In this document: in pieces, positions 7,137 to 17,106 of the stretch | How positions within the stretch are numbered: the first letter of the stretch is position 1 | Layout of the letters: each line of letters starts with the position of its first letter | From: an uncultured Opitutales bacterium | GTDB taxonomy: Bacteria > Verrucomicrobiota > Verrucomicrobiia > Opitutales > Intestinicryptomonadaceae | Assembly: GCA_934660865.1 (NCBI GenBank) | Contig: CAKUIA010000008.1 | Location: 1-32,000, forward strand | DNA: 32,000 bases | Direction: 5' to 3' | Notes under the pieces: model-generated | Database searches by the model: none | Seen by the model: the letters and a program-made list of their open reading frames with translations, nothing else | What the model was told of the DNA's origin: nothing | Position numbers and translations under genes: made by a program

Positions 7137-9515
7137 CTAGGGTTTTACAAGCCTGTTGCCCTCAAAAACAAAGCCTTTAACGTTGTCTTTGTCTACAAAC
7201 ACTCCGGGGGTTTTCACCAAAGGCGATTCCACCCAAGTGTTGTTTACCACCTTTACATTGCTTGCAAACGCCACAAAGATAGAGCCTCTGTAGTCTTTTT
7301 CGTTTTTGCGCGGCGTTTTGGCAATAAACGTGTTGTTTGCAAACACAACATTGCCCGCCGACGAAACCGTTGCCATAACCCCGTATGTGTCTATGAAGGT
7401 GTTGTTTTCGAACAAAAGCCCGTCTACAATCGGGTACATTGTCTGGTATTGGAACGAGTTGCGCCTTGAATACGAGCCTATAAAAATATCCCTTGCCTTT
7501 TTGTAGTCTACAACGCCGTCGGGGCAGCCGTCTTCGAAAGTGCAGTTGCGTATTACTATGTTGTTTGCGCCAAAGCCCTCGCTCCACAAGTGGTTTGTAT
7601 AGCCCGACTCTATTTTCATGGCGCCGTGCTCGTTATGCTTAAAGCGGCAGTTTTCCAAAGTTACGTCGCTGCACTCTATAATTACGCCCCTTGCCCTGTT
7701 GTCGTGGAAATAGCAGTTGCGCACAATCATATTCCTTGTACCGAAATTGCGGTTGAACAAAACAAAGCCCGTGTTTTTTGCCATTGGCAGTTTCCTGTCG
7801 AAGCAAAGCAAATATATGCCCTTTTTGGCGTCTATTTCTTTTCTGTCTACAATCCTGCCCGTATAGTTTGCCGGCGAAAAATCGTCGTGCCTTAGTTCCA
7901 CATTTGCGCCCTTGTTGTAGGCGCTTTTTGTAAAGCCCATCATGCCGCGGGTCTGCAAAGTGTAGTCGTCTTTTCGGGTGGCGTATGCCGACTTGTCGTT
8001 AAAGTTAATGCAGTCGTCGGCGCCGAAAGAAATTTCGCAGTTTTCCATCTTAAAAAAGCCCAATGTGTTGCTTATGTTGCAGTGGTCTGCCGTGCATGTT
8101 ATGGCTCTGCGATAAGAATTTTTGGGCTTTACAATATTTACGTTTTTAAACTGCCAATACTGCTGGTAGTCGTAAACTGCCAAGGCAAAGCCGCAGCACG
8201 ACCATATATTTACATTCTCGAGCGTAAGGTGCCTGTTGTTTTTCATGTGAATGCCGCCCATTGTATAGTAGTAGTGCTGCATTCTAAAGAACTGGCCCAC
8301 CCTGTATTTTTTGTGTATTTTGGGCAAATGCAGCCTAAGCAAATTGCCCTTCAGCCATTCCTTTTTCGGAACTATAACTTCGTTGCCTACGCCGAAATCG
8401 TAATATACGTCGAAAGACCCCTCCATGCCTACCGTCTGCGTTTTTTCGTTATACAGCGACAAATTTATTATTTTGCAGTCTTTTTTGGGGAAGTCGTCGT
8501 ATTCGGTAAATTCGAAATCCACATACTTGTCTTTGCCTTTGTCGTTTATTGCAACAAGTTTTACAACGCTTGCCAGCGGCGACTTTTGCCAGTCCCAATC
8601 CATATTAAAGTTGCGTATTTTAATGCGCCGGCAGTTTTGTATGTTCATATTGTTTACTTTGCCGTTGGTTTTGTAGTAGACAAATGTAGAGCCGCCGCCG
8701 TCGAATTCGAAGTCGTTTATGCCCTTTATTTCAACCGACTTTTCCTCGTCGAAGTAATAGGTACCCCTGTCTAAAACAAGCTTTGCCGCCCCTATTTTTT
8801 TGCAGTGGGCTATTGCGTTGTTCAGTTTTGTAATCAAGTCTTTTTCGCCCGCTTTTACGCCGAAATCGGCGGCCCTAACCGTTGCGCCATTCGGGTTGTT
8901 GGGCATATCGACAACAAAGTCCTTTGCGCCCGTTGGCAATGTTTTGCGGTTTAGTTTGTAGGGCTTGGGGTTTTCCGTTGCCGAGTAGAATGTTTCTATT
9001 TTGCCCTCTTTAATTTCTATATCCTTAACCTTTGCCGAAATTTTACCCGCGGCGTTAAAGGATATTTTAAAGTTTGCGTCGCCGCCGCCCGTAAAAAATT
9101 CGGCCCGCCGCGGCAAAAATTCTCCGTCGCTATCGTGCTGCGAAATATCCATTACAAGCTCGGGTTTTTTGCCGGGCACAACTTTCCAAATAAAAATCTG
9201 CAAACGGCTTTTGCCCTTAAGCGATTTTACGTCGGAAAGCATATTAAAAACATAGTGCGTATTCGGCTTGAATTTTACGGGCTTTGTTTTAAACAAAACG
9301 TCGTATTCCTTTGCCGAACTTTCGTTCGAGGCAAAAATCTTGCCGTCTTTAAACTCGGCAAAATTCGCATTTTCGTACATTTGCGGGCTTAGGTATGCAG
9401 ACTCAACCGCCTTTTTTTCGGCGGCAATATCGGCCTTTTGCAAATTGGAACACCCCACGCAAAGCACCGCAAAAATTGCGGCAACAAACATTTTTTTAAG
9501 CTTAAATATTTTCAT
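7137..9515 (-). CDS. Secreted right-handed parallel beta-helix protein, pectate-lyase-3 / GH28-like glycoside hydrolase candidate
   Basis: The N-terminus MKIFKLKKMFVAAIFAVLCVGCS is a signal peptide and may be a lipoprotein signal. AADFGVKAGEKDLITKLNNAIAHCKKIGAAKLVLDRGTYYF resembles the entry motif of the pectate-lyase superfamily. Repeated beta-helix coils follow (NIVIRNCTFED, MIVRNCYFHDNRARGVIIECSDVTLENCRFKHNEHGAMKIE). The specific activity cannot be assigned. Confidence 0.65.
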   Translation of the reverse strand: MKIFKLKKMFVAAIFAVLCVGCSNLQKADIAAEKKAVESAYLSPQMYENANFAEFKDGKIFASNESSAKEYDVLFKTKPVKFKPNTHYVFNMLSDVKSLKGKSRLQIFIWKVVPGKKPELVMDISQHDSDGEFLPRRAEFFTGGGDANFKISFNAAGKISAKVKDIEIKEGKIETFYSATENPKPYKLNRKTLPTGAKDFVVDMPNNPNGATVRAADFGVKAGEKDLITKLNNAIAHCKKIGAAKLVLDRGTYYFDEEKSVEIKGINDFEFDGGGSTFVYYKTNGKVNNMNIQNCRRIKIRNFNMDWDWQKSPLASVVKLVAINDKGKDKYVDFEFTEYDDFPKKDCKIINLSLYNEKTQTVGMEGSFDVYYDFGVGNEVIVPKKEWLKGNLLRLHLPKIHKKYRVGQFFRMQHYYYTMGGIHMKNNRHLTLENVNIWSCCGFALAVYDYQQYWQFKNVNIVKPKNSYRRAITCTADHCNISNTLGFFKMENCEISFGADDCINFNDKSAYATRKDDYTLQTRGMMGFTKSAYNKGANVELRHDDFSPANYTGRIVDRKEIDAKKGIYLLCFDRKLPMAKNTGFVLFNRNFGTRNMIVRNCYFHDNRARGVIIECSDVTLENCRFKHNEHGAMKIESGYTNHLWSEGFGANNIVIRNCTFEDGCPDGVVDYKKARDIFIGSYSRRNSFQYQTMYPIVDGLLFENNTFIDTYGVMATVSSAGNVVFANNTFIAKTPRKNEKDYRGSIFVAFASNVKVVNNTWVESPLVKTPGVFVDKDNVKGFVFEGNRLVKP

Positions 9516-9764
9516 ACACGACCCGAGTTTGGGCTAAAAAATTCCATTTGCAATAAAAAACGATTAACCTGCCTATTTATCAGCTCTATTGACAGTTTTG
9601 CACACGGCGTTTTTTTTGGAAAAAACTATCCATAAAATTGCGAAATACTTTTGCTTTTAGCTAAAAAAGTTTGGAGATTGTGCGAAATAACACGAAAATT
9701 TTTTGCAAAACCCACAAATAAAAATTTTGTTGCCATTGTGCCCGCCATTAAAAAAATTTCGGGT

Positions 9765-10313
9765 ATGCTAGATATTTCTTTATGCAGGTACGATTGCATT
9801 TTAGGCGAGCTGCTTTTGGCAGCCGAAGACTGTGCATTATGCGGGCTTTGGATTGCCGACGAAAAACACTACCCTTGCAATTTAAAAGGCCTTCCCGAAA
9901 AAAATTCGAAAATATTGAGCCTTTCAAAAAAATGGCTGGATATTTACTTTTCGGGCAAAGAGCCGAATTTTAAGGTTCCAATTAAGATGTCGGGCACGCC
10001 GTTTCAGCTAAAAGTTTGGCGGCTTTTATTGAAAATTCCATACGGCAAAACAACAACATACGGCCGCCTTGCCGAGGAAATCGCAAAAGAATGCGGCATA
10101 AAAAAGATGTCGGCGCAGGCCGTAGGCAACGCAGTCGGCAAAAACAATATTTCGATTATCGTTCCCTGCCACAGGGTAATGGGCGCAAACTGCAACCTTA
10201 CGGGCTATGCGGGCGGCATAGAAAACAAAATAAAGCTGCTTAAAACCGAGCATATAGACACAACGCACTTTACAGTGCCAAAAAAGCGCGCAAATAAACT
10301 TTGCACGCTTTGA
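9765..10313 (+). CDS. ogt: Methylated-DNA--protein-cysteine methyltransferase
   Basis: The active-site motif IVPCHRV is present, along with FQLKVWRLLLKIPYGKTTTYGRLA, the helix-turn-helix and Asn-hinge region typical of Ogt/Ada-C. I prefer the start at ATG 9765 (MLDISL) to the upstream TTG at 9651. Confidence 0.85.
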   Translation: MLDISLCRYDCILGELLLAAEDCALCGLWIADEKHYPCNLKGLPEKNSKILSLSKKWLDIYFSGKEPNFKVPIKMSGTPFQLKVWRLLLKIPYGKTTTYGRLAEEIAKECGIKKMSAQAVGNAVGKNNISIIVPCHRVMGANCNLTGYAGGIENKIKLLKTEHIDTTHFTVPKKRANKLCTL

Positions 10314-10342
10314 ATGTTTTTTAACGCTTTTGGGCAATAAGC

Positions 10343-11314
10343 TTATTTTGTTTGGCGCACAACCCTAAACCCTACATTGCCGTAGGCCGAGCCGGCGTCG
10401 CGCGTTTCGTCTCTATATTCGGTTCTGCAACTCATTCTGGGCGAATCGAATGCGCCGCCTTTTACCTTTATTTGCGTTTTGCCGTTTTTGTTTAAGCTAG
10501 TAGACGTCATTTCCCAGCAGTTGCCCCACATGTCTATTGCACCGCTTGCCGAAAGCGTTTTCGAGTATGCAAACACATTGCTTAGCGACTTTTGAACGCC
10601 GCAGTTAAAATCGGCGTCTTTGGGCATGTGGCCCGCGGCATATTCCCATTCCGTTTCGGTGGGCAAGCGGTATGTTGCGCCTTTGTCTTTTTCGGAAAGC
10701 CAGCTGCAATATTTTACCGCAGTTTCGTACGAAACGTTTACAACGGGCATATTCTCTTTGCCTTTGGCAACAACGCCGTTTTGCCAATCTTTTGGAGCTT
10801 TTGCGTTTGTCGCCTTTACAAATTCTGCAAACTGGGCGTTTGTAACGGGCGTGTAGGCAATGTTAACGTTTTGGGCTGCGCCCAATACGGGCAAGAATCC
10901 GCCGCTTGCATTGCGGGCGTTAGGCCTTAAGCGGGGGTCTGTAAAACGGCGCATGCTTTGCTCTATGCGGTTTTGGCGGTCTTTAATAACGTCGTTTACA
11001 ATCTCCTGCATTTCGGCTATTTTGCTTGCGTGCTTCGCCGTTTTTTTCAATTCCTCCAATTTTGCCTGCTTGCGCGCAATAACGGCGTCGTAGTTAAGCT
11101 CTACCTGCTTTTTTAGGGCGTCGTAATTTTCCTTTGTGGGGTTTTTGCGGTATGCCGAAATCAGCTTTTTTGTGGCTTCGTTAAGCTGCGGGCGCTCTTT
11201 TTCTATTGTCGTGCTATATTTAAACTGCTTTGCCTCTTTGTTGACTTGCCCCGCAAAAGTGCAGCACGCAAAGACGCAAACAACGGCAAACAATACATAT
11301 TTTTTTATCTTCAT
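10343..11314 (-). CDS. Secreted formylglycine-generating-enzyme (SUMF1/FGE-sulfatase) domain protein with an N-terminal helical extension
   Basis: Signal peptide [22 protein letters not shown]. The C-terminal domain has family hallmarks: [29 protein letters not shown] and the terminal GFRVVR. Confidence 0.75.
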   Translation of the reverse strand: MKIKKYVLFAVVCVFACCTFAGQVNKEAKQFKYSTTIEKERPQLNEATKKLISAYRKNPTKENYDALKKQVELNYDAVIARKQAKLEELKKTAKHASKIAEMQEIVNDVIKDRQNRIEQSMRRFTDPRLRPNARNASGGFLPVLGAAQNVNIAYTPVTNAQFAEFVKATNAKAPKDWQNGVVAKGKENMPVVNVSYETAVKYCSWLSEKDKGATYRLPTETEWEYAAGHMPKDADFNCGVQKSLSNVFAYSKTLSASGAIDMWGNCWEMTSTSLNKNGKTQIKVKGGAFDSPRMSCRTEYRDETRDAGSAYGNVGFRVVRQTK

Positions 11315-11398
11315 ATAAAAACCTTTCTGTTTTTGGGGATCAGTTTATAGTCAATAAAACGCGACCAAACTAAAAAGGTTTCGTGGAAAGCAAAAAAA

Positions 11399-11965
11399 CT
11401 ATTGGCAGATTTTCCGTATCTCTTTTGCGGGAACGCCGCCTACTATTGTGTTTGCGGGAACGTCTTTTACAACAACGGCCCCCGCGGCAACAATGGCGTT
11501 GTCGCCAATGTTTACACCCTGCAAAATTGTGCTGTTAGAGCCTACCCAAACATTTTTGCCAAGCCTTATAGCGGCCGGAATTGTATATTTCCTTTCTTCG
11601 GGCAAAATGCCGTGGTTAAGAGTGGCAAAAACCACATTGTGGCCAATTTGGCAGCCGTCGCCAATGCTTACGCCGCCGTGGTCTTGAAACTGGCAGCAGG
11701 CATTTATGAACACGTTTTTGCCGATTTTTATGTTTTGCCCGAAGTCGCTATAAAAGGGAGGGAACACCCTAAGGGTTTCGTCTACCCTATACCCGAATAG
11801 CTCCGACAAAATTTCCCTAATTTCGTCCGGCGTTTTATACGCCGAATTAAGCCTAAAAGTAGCGCGGCGCGCCCTTTCGCTGGCCTCGTTCATAAAGGCG
11901 AAAATTTCGGGCGTATCAAGCGGTTTTTGCAGTTTTACATATTCTAAAAATTCTTTAAGTTGCAT
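11399..11965 (-). CDS. Sugar O-acetyltransferase, Maa/LacA family (left-handed beta-helix hexapeptide repeats)
   Basis: A Mac-type N-terminal region is followed by hexapeptide repeats ([59 protein letters not shown]) and the terminal [13 protein letters not shown] chose the start at ATG 11965 (MQLKEF). Confidence 0.85.
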   Translation of the reverse strand: MQLKEFLEYVKLQKPLDTPEIFAFMNEASERARRATFRLNSAYKTPDEIREILSELFGYRVDETLRVFPPFYSDFGQNIKIGKNVFINACCQFQDHGGVSIGDGCQIGHNVVFATLNHGILPEERKYTIPAAIRLGKNVWVGSNSTILQGVNIGDNAIVAAGAVVVKDVPANTIVGGVPAKEIRKICQ

Positions 11966-12087
11966 GGGGTTTTTTTCCCGTTTTTTGGTTTTTATTTCCG
12001 CAACATAATACAAAATTTTTTAAAATTGTAAATGCCCCTTCCTTTCAAAAAACTGCCTTTTTATGCCTTTTTCGAAATTTGGCGCGC

Positions 12088-12119
12088 AAAAAAATCTCCG
12101 CCAAAAAAAGAGGCGGAGA
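12088..12119 (-). terminator. Intrinsic terminator downstream of the oxidoreductase remnant
   Basis: Stem TCTCCGCC (12095-12102) / GGCGGAGA (12112-12119). On the minus strand it is followed by T7 (complement of the A-run at 12088-12094). Confidence 0.65.
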
Positions 12120-12139
12120 CTGCAATAAAAATTTTGCCG

Positions 12140-12685
12140 CTAGCTAATTTTGTATTTGCCGGGACACGGAATTTCGCCCACGGCAAGTTTGCCGAATTTC
12201 CATTCTTTTGGAGCCAGCGATTGTTTCGATTTTTTTACGATAAAGACGTACTTAAACCTTTGCCCCGAATAGCACGACTCGCGGCCTGCAATGGCAACAA
12301 GCGTTGAATTTACCATATCGCGCAGCATATTTTTGGGCGAATTGTTTATTACGCTATCTATAAGCACGCGGTGCTCTTGTACAAGACACGGTTCAATGTC
12401 TTTTTTTGCCTGCCACGGATTTTCGCCTTTTATGCGCTGCAAGCCGCTTATTGTATCCAGCTCTAAAACGCCCTTTGTGCCTATAAAGCGCTCCATAACA
12501 TAGTCGTTTGATTTGTCTTCGCGGCGGCTGTAGCTTGAGCAGTGCAAGCCGTTGCCGAAATCGTAGTCTACGGCAAAGTGGCTGAACCTGTCGCCCAGTT
12601 GGGGGTATGGGATAAGTCCGCATTTTTCAGGGCAAGCGCCATTAGCGGCGAAAGCGCCACAGTTTTAATGAAATTTCTTCTGCAT
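12140..12685 (-). pseudogene. Truncated and interrupted Gfo/Idh/MocA-type oxidoreductase remnant
   Basis: My manual minus-strand translation from ATG 12685 reads MQKKFH-TAA(stop)-NCGAFAANGACPEKCGLIPYPQLGDRFSHFAVDYDFGNGLHCSSYSRRE...GTKGVLELD..., in frame with the 135-aa ORF at 12140-12547. Only a signal-like N-terminus and the C-terminal alpha/beta domain are present. The Rossmann NAD-binding domain is missing. The total is 182 codons, against more than 350 expected. Confidence 0.5.
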
Positions 12686-12828
12686 AATTTTTGCACTTTT
12701 TAATCCTTCCCGTTTTTATCTAAGCCAGGCAAAACAACCGCGCTGCCGAAAGCCGAACAAAGTTTCTATGTATTTAAGGCAAAAGCCTATGCGCAAATAA
12801 CATTCGCAAAATTCAGGCTGTTTTTTGC

Positions 12829-12863
12829 AAAAAAAAGCGGCATATCCAAAAGGAATATGCCGC
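12829..12863 (-). terminator. Intrinsic terminator downstream of the SIMPL-domain gene
   Basis: Stem GCGGCATATCC (12837-12847) / GGAATATGCCGC (12852-12863) with one bulge. On the minus strand it is followed by T8. Confidence 0.7.
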
Positions 12864-12882
12864 CGCGCCGAAATTTTTTAAT

Positions 12883-13599
12883 CTATTTTGTGGCAAACTC
12901 CATTGTTACAACGCACTTTACGTCTTTTTCGTAGGTGGTTGTGTCGTAGGCGCCCCAATCGCTTGTGTCGGTCGAAAGCGGCTCTGTAATTTGAAATACC
13001 CCCTGCGAGGCCGAAATTACGCCGCCCAAACCAGAGCCGCTGCCCGAAACCAGTTTTTGCGCCCTTTCCTTTGCGTTGGCCGCCGCTTTTTCAAGCAAGT
13101 CCATTTTAAGCGATTCAAGTTTTGTGTAGTAGTATCTTGTGCCGTTGTCGTAGGCCGAAATGTCGTTTTTCATCAGTTGGCTTATGCACTCGGAAAGTTT
13201 TTTTGCCTGTTCCTGTGTTTTGGGGTTAAGCGACATCGAAATGGAGGCGGTATACCCTTCTATTTCGTTTGTTTCCTTGCCGTCGGTTTTTTTATAGGTT
13301 ACATACCATCTAGCCATGCTAAATTTCACGTCGTCTAGCTTATTTTTGGCAAAAAGCTCTTTTGCAAAGGCGGCGTCTTTTTCCGCCTGGCAAACCGCCT
13401 CTTTTATTGTGGGCTTTAACCCGCTGCTTAACGAAGCCGACCACTCCATTGCGTCGCTTTGCACGCGGGCAACCGCAGTTCCCTTTACCCTTACGCCGCT
13501 GGCATTGCGCAAAACAATGTGCGGCTTAACCAAAATTGCGGCGCACACTATCAATGCAAACGCCACAACCACCGAACAAAATATAACAGTTTTTTTCAT
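12883..13599 (-). CDS. SIMPL (DUF541) domain-containing secreted/periplasmic protein
   Basis: There is an N-terminal hydrophobic anchor or signal (MKKTVIFCSVVVAFALIVCAAILV). The size (238 aa) and layout resemble the YggE/SIMPL family: VRVKGTAVARV..., GYTASISMSLN, AKERAQKLV...GGVISASQG. This assignment comes from memory of the family pattern only. Confidence 0.5.
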   Translation of the reverse strand: MKKTVIFCSVVVAFALIVCAAILVKPHIVLRNASGVRVKGTAVARVQSDAMEWSASLSSGLKPTIKEAVCQAEKDAAFAKELFAKNKLDDVKFSMARWYVTYKKTDGKETNEIEGYTASISMSLNPKTQEQAKKLSECISQLMKNDISAYDNGTRYYYTKLESLKMDLLEKAAANAKERAQKLVSGSGSGLGGVISASQGVFQITEPLSTDTSDWGAYDTTTYEKDVKCVVTMEFATK

Positions 13600-13690
13600 A
13601 GGCCGAGATATTTACTTAAGCTATAAAAGACAATCAATACAAAATTGCGGCAGCCTATAATATTTTTGCAACGCTTTTATTTGCAGTATA

Positions 13691-14104
13691 TTACAACACC
13701 AACACAAGCGAGCCCGCAACTATTAAAAGCCCGCCTACAACGGTTTTGCAGCTTAAAGGCTCGCCCAATATTACAACGCTTAGCAGAATTGTAATTGCAA
13801 CGCTAAGCTTGTCTACCGGCGCAACTTTAGAGGCGTCGCCAAGCTGCAAAGCCTTAAAGTAGAACAGCCACGAAGCGCCCGTGGCAAAGCCCGACAATAC
13901 CAAAAACAGCATTGTGTGCCAGCTTATTGCCGCAACCGATTTTAGCGGCACGGTGCAAAGGGCAATGCCCCATGTAAAAGCCAAAATAACGGTTGTTCTT
14001 ACAGCCGTAGCCAGGTTCGAATTTATGTTTTCTACGCCGACTTTTGCCAATATGGCGGTAAACGCCGCAAAAAACGCCGAAAGCAATGCGTATATTTGCC
14101 ACAT
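13691..14104 (-). CDS. Small EamA-domain (DMT superfamily) transporter
   Basis: The product is 137 aa from ATG 14104 (MWQIYALLSAFFAAFTAILAKVG). It has about four or five hydrophobic helices and the motifs APVDKLSV and GEPLS that are typical of single-EamA-domain proteins. Confidence 0.7.
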   Translation of the reverse strand: MWQIYALLSAFFAAFTAILAKVGVENINSNLATAVRTTVILAFTWGIALCTVPLKSVAAISWHTMLFLVLSGFATGASWLFYFKALQLGDASKVAPVDKLSVAITILLSVVILGEPLSCKTVVGGLLIVAGSLVLVL

Positions 14105-14225
14105 ATCTTTTTTTGACGAATTTTCTGCTCGCAAAGCCCCAAAACGCAACAAAAAAATGCGCACCCCGAAAGGAGTGCGCATGAAGATTGTTCAACAGAT
14201 AAAAATCGTACCAAAAAAGGAAAAA

Positions 14226-15494
14226 TTAGAATACAACTTCAAGCCTTGCGCCCGCTACGTATACCGCATTCGATTCGTCGCGCGCACCGGAGTTAAAGAA
14301 AATCTGGAAGTCGGGCTGGAAGGAGATTGCAGGTGTAATTTGGCACCTGTATGTAACTTCCAAAGTACCCTGATAGTGCGAAAATTCGTCGCGCTGTGCC
14401 CTTTCGTTTTCTATAACCGAAAAGCCCGCGGCAAATACGTCGTTTTCCCTGCAGGGAATGGGGGCAAACCAGTTAAAGCCGAAGTCTGCATAGAAATTGT
14501 TGTCGGACGATTCCGAATTGGGAACAAAGCCGACCCTGCCGTATACGCCGAATTTTGCGTTGCCTTCGTCGTCGTTAAACAATGCCTGCTGAATGCCCGC
14601 ATAGAACGAATAGAAGTTGTTTGTAGTGCCTTCTTCGAAATTGGCCTTGGTGGGATCGCTGTGGTAGTTGCCGCCAACCATTACACGGCCGTCCAAACCG
14701 CCAACTTTGTAGTTGTAGCCAAACTGATACCAGAAGGCAACGGTGTCGAAAGTGTTTTTGTAGTCGAAGCCGTTGTTCGAGGAAATGTCTTCGCCGATAT
14801 TGCCGTTATATACGCCGAAAGTTGCGTCGAAATTCTCGTAGGTGTAGTATACAACCAAGCCGAGAGTTGCAACGTTGTATTGCGAGAACAAATTGCCGGG
14901 GGCAATGTTGGGCATTGCACCGAAAGACGAATTTAAGAATGTGTCGGAATAATCCATACCCATAAAGTCTTCGTCGGCCGCAAGCTGGCCAATTCTAAAA
15001 CCGAAAGTACCCGCCTTTGTTTCGAATTCGTTGGCGTAGTAGATTTCGAAAACCCTTGCCATATCGCCCGCAACAATGTTGCTTACGTAGCCCTGGTTGG
15101 ATTTGTCCGATACATTTTCCAACGAGCCGCCGTGGGTTTGGTTGTAGTAGAAAGCGCTAACGCCGATTCTGCCCATATTGTCTTTGCCCGACAATACCGA
15201 CAAATCCTGCTCTACTTCGATTGTAAAGAGCGAGTCTACAAACGAGTTCATATTGTTTTTGTTGGAAACGTCGCCCCAAACTTCGCCGGCCCAGGTAAGA
15301 GCGGGAGTAAAGCCCGTCTTTTCGGAAAGGCTTTCGGTTGCCGAAGCCAAAAAGAGGCTGTCGCGTTCGTACCACGACTGCGGCGCTTCTTCTTTTGCCG
15401 GAGTTTGTACGGCTTCTTGTGCATTGGCAAAAGTAGCCATAGTTAAAATCGAGCCTAACGAGGCTGCTATAACTTTGTTGTTTATGCTGTTCAT
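14226..15494 (-). CDS. Outer-membrane beta-barrel porin, OprB-like carbohydrate porin candidate
   Basis: Signal peptide ...LTMATFANAQEA. The body has alternating aromatic/Gly-rich beta-strand patterns. The C-terminus ARLEVVF ends in the Phe typical of outer-membrane proteins. The family assignment is tentative. Confidence 0.55.
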   Translation of the reverse strand: MNSINNKVIAASLGSILTMATFANAQEAVQTPAKEEAPQSWYERDSLFLASATESLSEKTGFTPALTWAGEVWGDVSNKNNMNSFVDSLFTIEVEQDLSVLSGKDNMGRIGVSAFYYNQTHGGSLENVSDKSNQGYVSNIVAGDMARVFEIYYANEFETKAGTFGFRIGQLAADEDFMGMDYSDTFLNSSFGAMPNIAPGNLFSQYNVATLGLVVYYTYENFDATFGVYNGNIGEDISSNNGFDYKNTFDTVAFWYQFGYNYKVGGLDGRVMVGGNYHSDPTKANFEEGTTNNFYSFYAGIQQALFNDDEGNAKFGVYGRVGFVPNSESSDNNFYADFGFNWFAPIPCRENDVFAAGFSVIENERAQRDEFSHYQGTLEVTYRCQITPAISFQPDFQIFFNSGARDESNAVYVAGARLEVVF

Positions 15495-15894
15495 TTTTGT
15501 TGGTTTTGTATTATGAAAATTTATTAGTTTAATCTAACTTTGTTTGCAAAAAATTTTCAGTCCGCTAAAAGTCGCCCTGGCGCCCATTGCCGAAACGAGC
15601 CTGCCTATGGGACTAAGAAAGCCGCGAGCTTCGTTTTTGCCGCCCGCGCATACGCTGCAGCTTCCGCAACGAGAACCGCGCCTTGCGCAGCCTTCCTCTT
15701 TCCTGTTCAAATCCGATTTCATTTTTCCTGTCAAATAAAATTAGGCGCCTCTAACTTGTCAAGAAAAAATATTAGCCATATCTAACTTTTTTGTTTTTGT
15801 TCGTTTTTTTGCTTTCGCAATCGGCAAAATATTTGCCCGAAAAATTTAAGACTTTGTATTTGACTACGTTTTTTAGCCTATAGATAATCTTTGA

Positions 15895-16911
15895 ATGATA
15901 AAGACGCTTGCCATACTTTCCCTGTGCTTTGTCTGCGCGCTTAGCCAGGCTAAAACAAACATAATTTTCGACACCGACATGGGCAACGACGTAGACGACG
16001 CTTTGGCTTTGAATATGCTGTACGGCTACCAACAAAAAGGACTTGCCGACATAAAGGCAATTCTTGTCAATAAAGACAACCCCTATGCCGCAGTATATGT
16101 TTCGATACAAAACTGCCACTACAACATAGACATTCCCATAGCGGCCGCAAAAAACGCCCCAAAAAACACGGCGCACAAAAACGAGCACCCAAACGGAAAG
16201 TTTATAGGCAAAATTGCAAACGCAAAAAATGCCGACAATTCCTACAAATACAAGCGCACCGTTTTTAACGGATACGAGCTAATAGACCCCGTAAAGCTTG
16301 CCAGAAAAACTTTGGCAGAATGCCCGGACAACTCCGTTGTATATATAAGTGTCGGCTTTTCCACAAACATTGCAAACCTCTTAAAATCTACTGCCGACGA
16401 CATTTCTCCCCTAAGCGGAACGGAGCTTGTAGCAAAAAAGGTAAAGTTTTTTTCGGTTATGGCGGGGCAATTCGGGCTTTCCAAAAGGGTAAAGCGCAAC
16501 AACCCCGAATTTAACGTTTATAACGACCCCAATTCGGCGCGATACTTTGTACAAAACTGCCCCGTAGACATTGTTTTTAGCGGCTTTGAAGTTGGCGAAG
16601 AAGTGGGCATTACGGGCAAAAAAATCCTAGGCGGCCTTTCCGACAAAAACCCCTTAAAGGAAGCCTATATATTATATGCGGGCCGCCACGGCAACGCCCG
16701 AACGTGGGACTTAACCAGCGTATTATACGTCTTTAACCCCGAAATTTTCGATATTTCCGAAAGGGGCACGGTTTGTGTAAACGATAAAATTAGAACAGAT
16801 TTTACGGCCGACAAAAACGGCAAACACCGCTTTCTTATATTAAGAAAAGACTCGGAACAACTTATTACAAACGCGCTGGACGCCGCGGTTTTGTCGCCAA
16901 AAGAACCCTGA
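15895..16911 (+). CDS. Secreted nucleoside hydrolase family protein (IUNH fold)
   Basis: The N-terminal Asp cluster IIFDTDMGNDVDDALAL is the inosine-uridine nucleoside hydrolase fingerprint. It is preceded by the signal peptide MIKTLAILSLCFVCALSQA. Confidence 0.75.
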   Translation: MIKTLAILSLCFVCALSQAKTNIIFDTDMGNDVDDALALNMLYGYQQKGLADIKAILVNKDNPYAAVYVSIQNCHYNIDIPIAAAKNAPKNTAHKNEHPNGKFIGKIANAKNADNSYKYKRTVFNGYELIDPVKLARKTLAECPDNSVVYISVGFSTNIANLLKSTADDISPLSGTELVAKKVKFFSVMAGQFGLSKRVKRNNPEFNVYNDPNSARYFVQNCPVDIVFSGFEVGEEVGITGKKILGGLSDKNPLKEAYILYAGRHGNARTWDLTSVLYVFNPEIFDISERGTVCVNDKIRTDFTADKNGKHRFLILRKDSEQLITNALDAAVLSPKEP

Positions 16912-16938
16912 CCGTATTCTTCGCGCAAAATTTTGCAT

Positions 16939-16975
16939 TAACGCCCAGGCAGATTTTTGTTCGGGCGTTTTTTTG
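16939..16975 (+). terminator. Intrinsic terminator after the nucleoside hydrolase gene
   Basis: Stem AACGCCC (16940-16946) / GGGCGTT (16963-16969), followed by a T7 run. Confidence 0.65.
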
Positions 16976-17044
16976 CGTACTTTTTGCAGCCCCAATTTCG
17001 TTTCTTTGCAAAAAAGTTTTAAAAAATTTGTTGACTTTCCGTTT

Positions 17045-17070
17045 TATAGGGTATACCCCCATACCCTATA
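17045..17070. promoter_or_regulatory. Candidate CsoR/RcnR-type operator
   Basis: Perfect dyad TATAGGGTAT-ACCCCC-ATACCCTATA, 37 bp upstream of the csoR-family start codon. A TTGACT hexamer lies at 17031-17036. AT-rich inverted repeats flanking a G/C tract are the architecture described for operators of this family. Confidence 0.6.
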
Positions 17071-17106
17071 AACAATTTCAAAAAACCGTTATAAAAAGAA
17101 AAAATT

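Noticed and set aside
7110-9537. Multiple plus-strand ORFs (119, 101, 230 aa and others) and a second minus-frame ORF at 7177-7587
   Set aside because: All overlap the 792-aa beta-helix CDS and are compositionally implausible (Arg/Val/Phe-rich). I treat them as shadow ORFs.
12665-12667. In-frame TAA in the oxidoreductase remnant as a possible recoding or readthrough site
   Set aside because: TAA is used as an ordinary stop by neighbouring genes. The surrounding gene also lacks its entire N-terminal domain, so pseudogenisation is the simpler explanation.
13881-14936. 351-aa plus-strand ORF
   Set aside because: It is antisense to both the EamA transporter and the porin genes, which have clear family features. 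The sequence is Val/Ala/Phe-rich and low in complexity, as expected of a shadow ORF.
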